Below are positions 62,875 through 64,000 of a DNA stretch of 64,000 nucleotides, piece by piece. Below the pieces are notes generated by a model that did no database searches, was not told the DNA's origin, and saw only the letters and a program-made list of their open reading frames with translations. Within the stretch, counting starts at the first letter, position 1; every line of letters starts with the position of its first letter. A program made the position numbers and the translations under genes. This DNA comes from Diadema antillarum (taxonomy: Eukaryota), in NCBI RefSeq assembly GCF_040938485.1, contig NW_027272492.1, positions 124,001 to 188,000 on the forward strand, written 5' to 3'.

Positions 62875-64000
62875 AATGTAAAATCTTCATGAATCAAGTA
62901 GCATACATAATTACACATATATACAGAGCACGCATTCCAAAAAGAAACACAAAAGATTTCAAGACATCACACATTTTCATTAATTCATTATAAATAACAC
63001 AGAAATCCTTACATCCAATAACAAAAAATACATCCACGACATAAAATGTTTCTTCCAAAACCCACATACATAAACTTAAATTAATGAAAAACAAATGTAT
63101 CCAACTATATATTTACCTTTACATTTGTATAATTATTATATATTGTGATTATGTTTATAAAAATAGAAACTACTTGATATAAGTACATAATATACAAGTG
63201 TATAATAATACCAGGATCTTATACCACCATAAATAAATTCCAAAACACAAAGAAAGAAAAAAACACACCCTAAAACACTCAAAGGGGGAACCCGTTCGAT
63301 GGAGATATATATGATGGGACTATTGGTTATTACTGCAGTTTGCGTGATAATATACTAGTAACACGTGAAGTTAATAAAAAACTAATAAAGAGATTATAAA
63401 AGTAATGGCGTATCAAGACATGATAGCTACGAAGACATTCCTTCGAATCATCAAATTTAATGCCATTTTGTTTTTTAATATCTCTTATGCTGTTATGGTA
63501 TTTCTGATGAGTGAGTTCCATGATAATAATGTCTTTTTCTGACTTTTCATCTTATTTCCTTCATCCCTCCCCTGAAAAAAGAAAAATCTCAATCTATGTC
63601 TCTGTAAAGTTTGCTGGATAAGCATGTTGTGTCTATGAACACAGGACGGTGTCGGAAGGAGAATAATGAGAACAAACTCTGACCGACGTCGCGGTAACAA
63701 AATATCATCGTCCATGCGCCTGGCAATATGAAATTGAATTTGACTCCCCTAAACACTCTGTGGGCCAGGCAATGTTGACTTTTTATACATCCCTTCATTT
63801 TTCGGAGACAAGCTCTTACTTGTTAGAGTTTATAGGACGTGTTCTTTACAACGGGGAATTGAGGCGTCCTACTTGAGGACCCCTATCTAATTTATTGAAA
63901 CCTTTGCGCCAATATGCCTTCGTCATGTATACCAAGCTTGTAGGTAAACTGTGGAATGCGATATGTCCATGTTGATAGAGTAACAAAGACCAACCGCTCA

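Overview
Eukaryotic (invertebrate animal, probably echinoderm-like; taxon is inference) genomic DNA, AT-rich, with two assembly gaps. It holds three host genes: a complete 15-exon mitochondrial arginyl-tRNA synthetase RARS2 (+, 3938-18106, 588 aa), a complete 5-exon RNA polymerase I/III subunit POLR1D/RPAC2 (-, 46723-42827, 118 aa) and a single-coding-exon class A GPCR (+, 54278-55435). The most notable structure lies between the convergent RARS2 and POLR1D genes. It is a ~17.4-kb four-tier transposon nest bounded by ~60-bp inverted repeats and a 3-bp CAA duplication (24239-41634), read as an Academ (AcademX-type) element. One branch is Academ > Harbinger remnant (splits the Academ ORF at LLNI|ATGK) > intron-containing hAT with a 5-bp TSD and an NLS + PIP-box-like first exon > at least seven small elements in its introns and 3' region. 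The other branch is Academ > PNMA-type Gypsy > pearl/HINE element > MITE; excising these restores an open gag frame. Many MITEs, two LINE tails and simple repeats are scattered elsewhere. No rRNA, tRNA or CRISPR array was found. All calls come from manual reading and recalled family motifs, not database searches.
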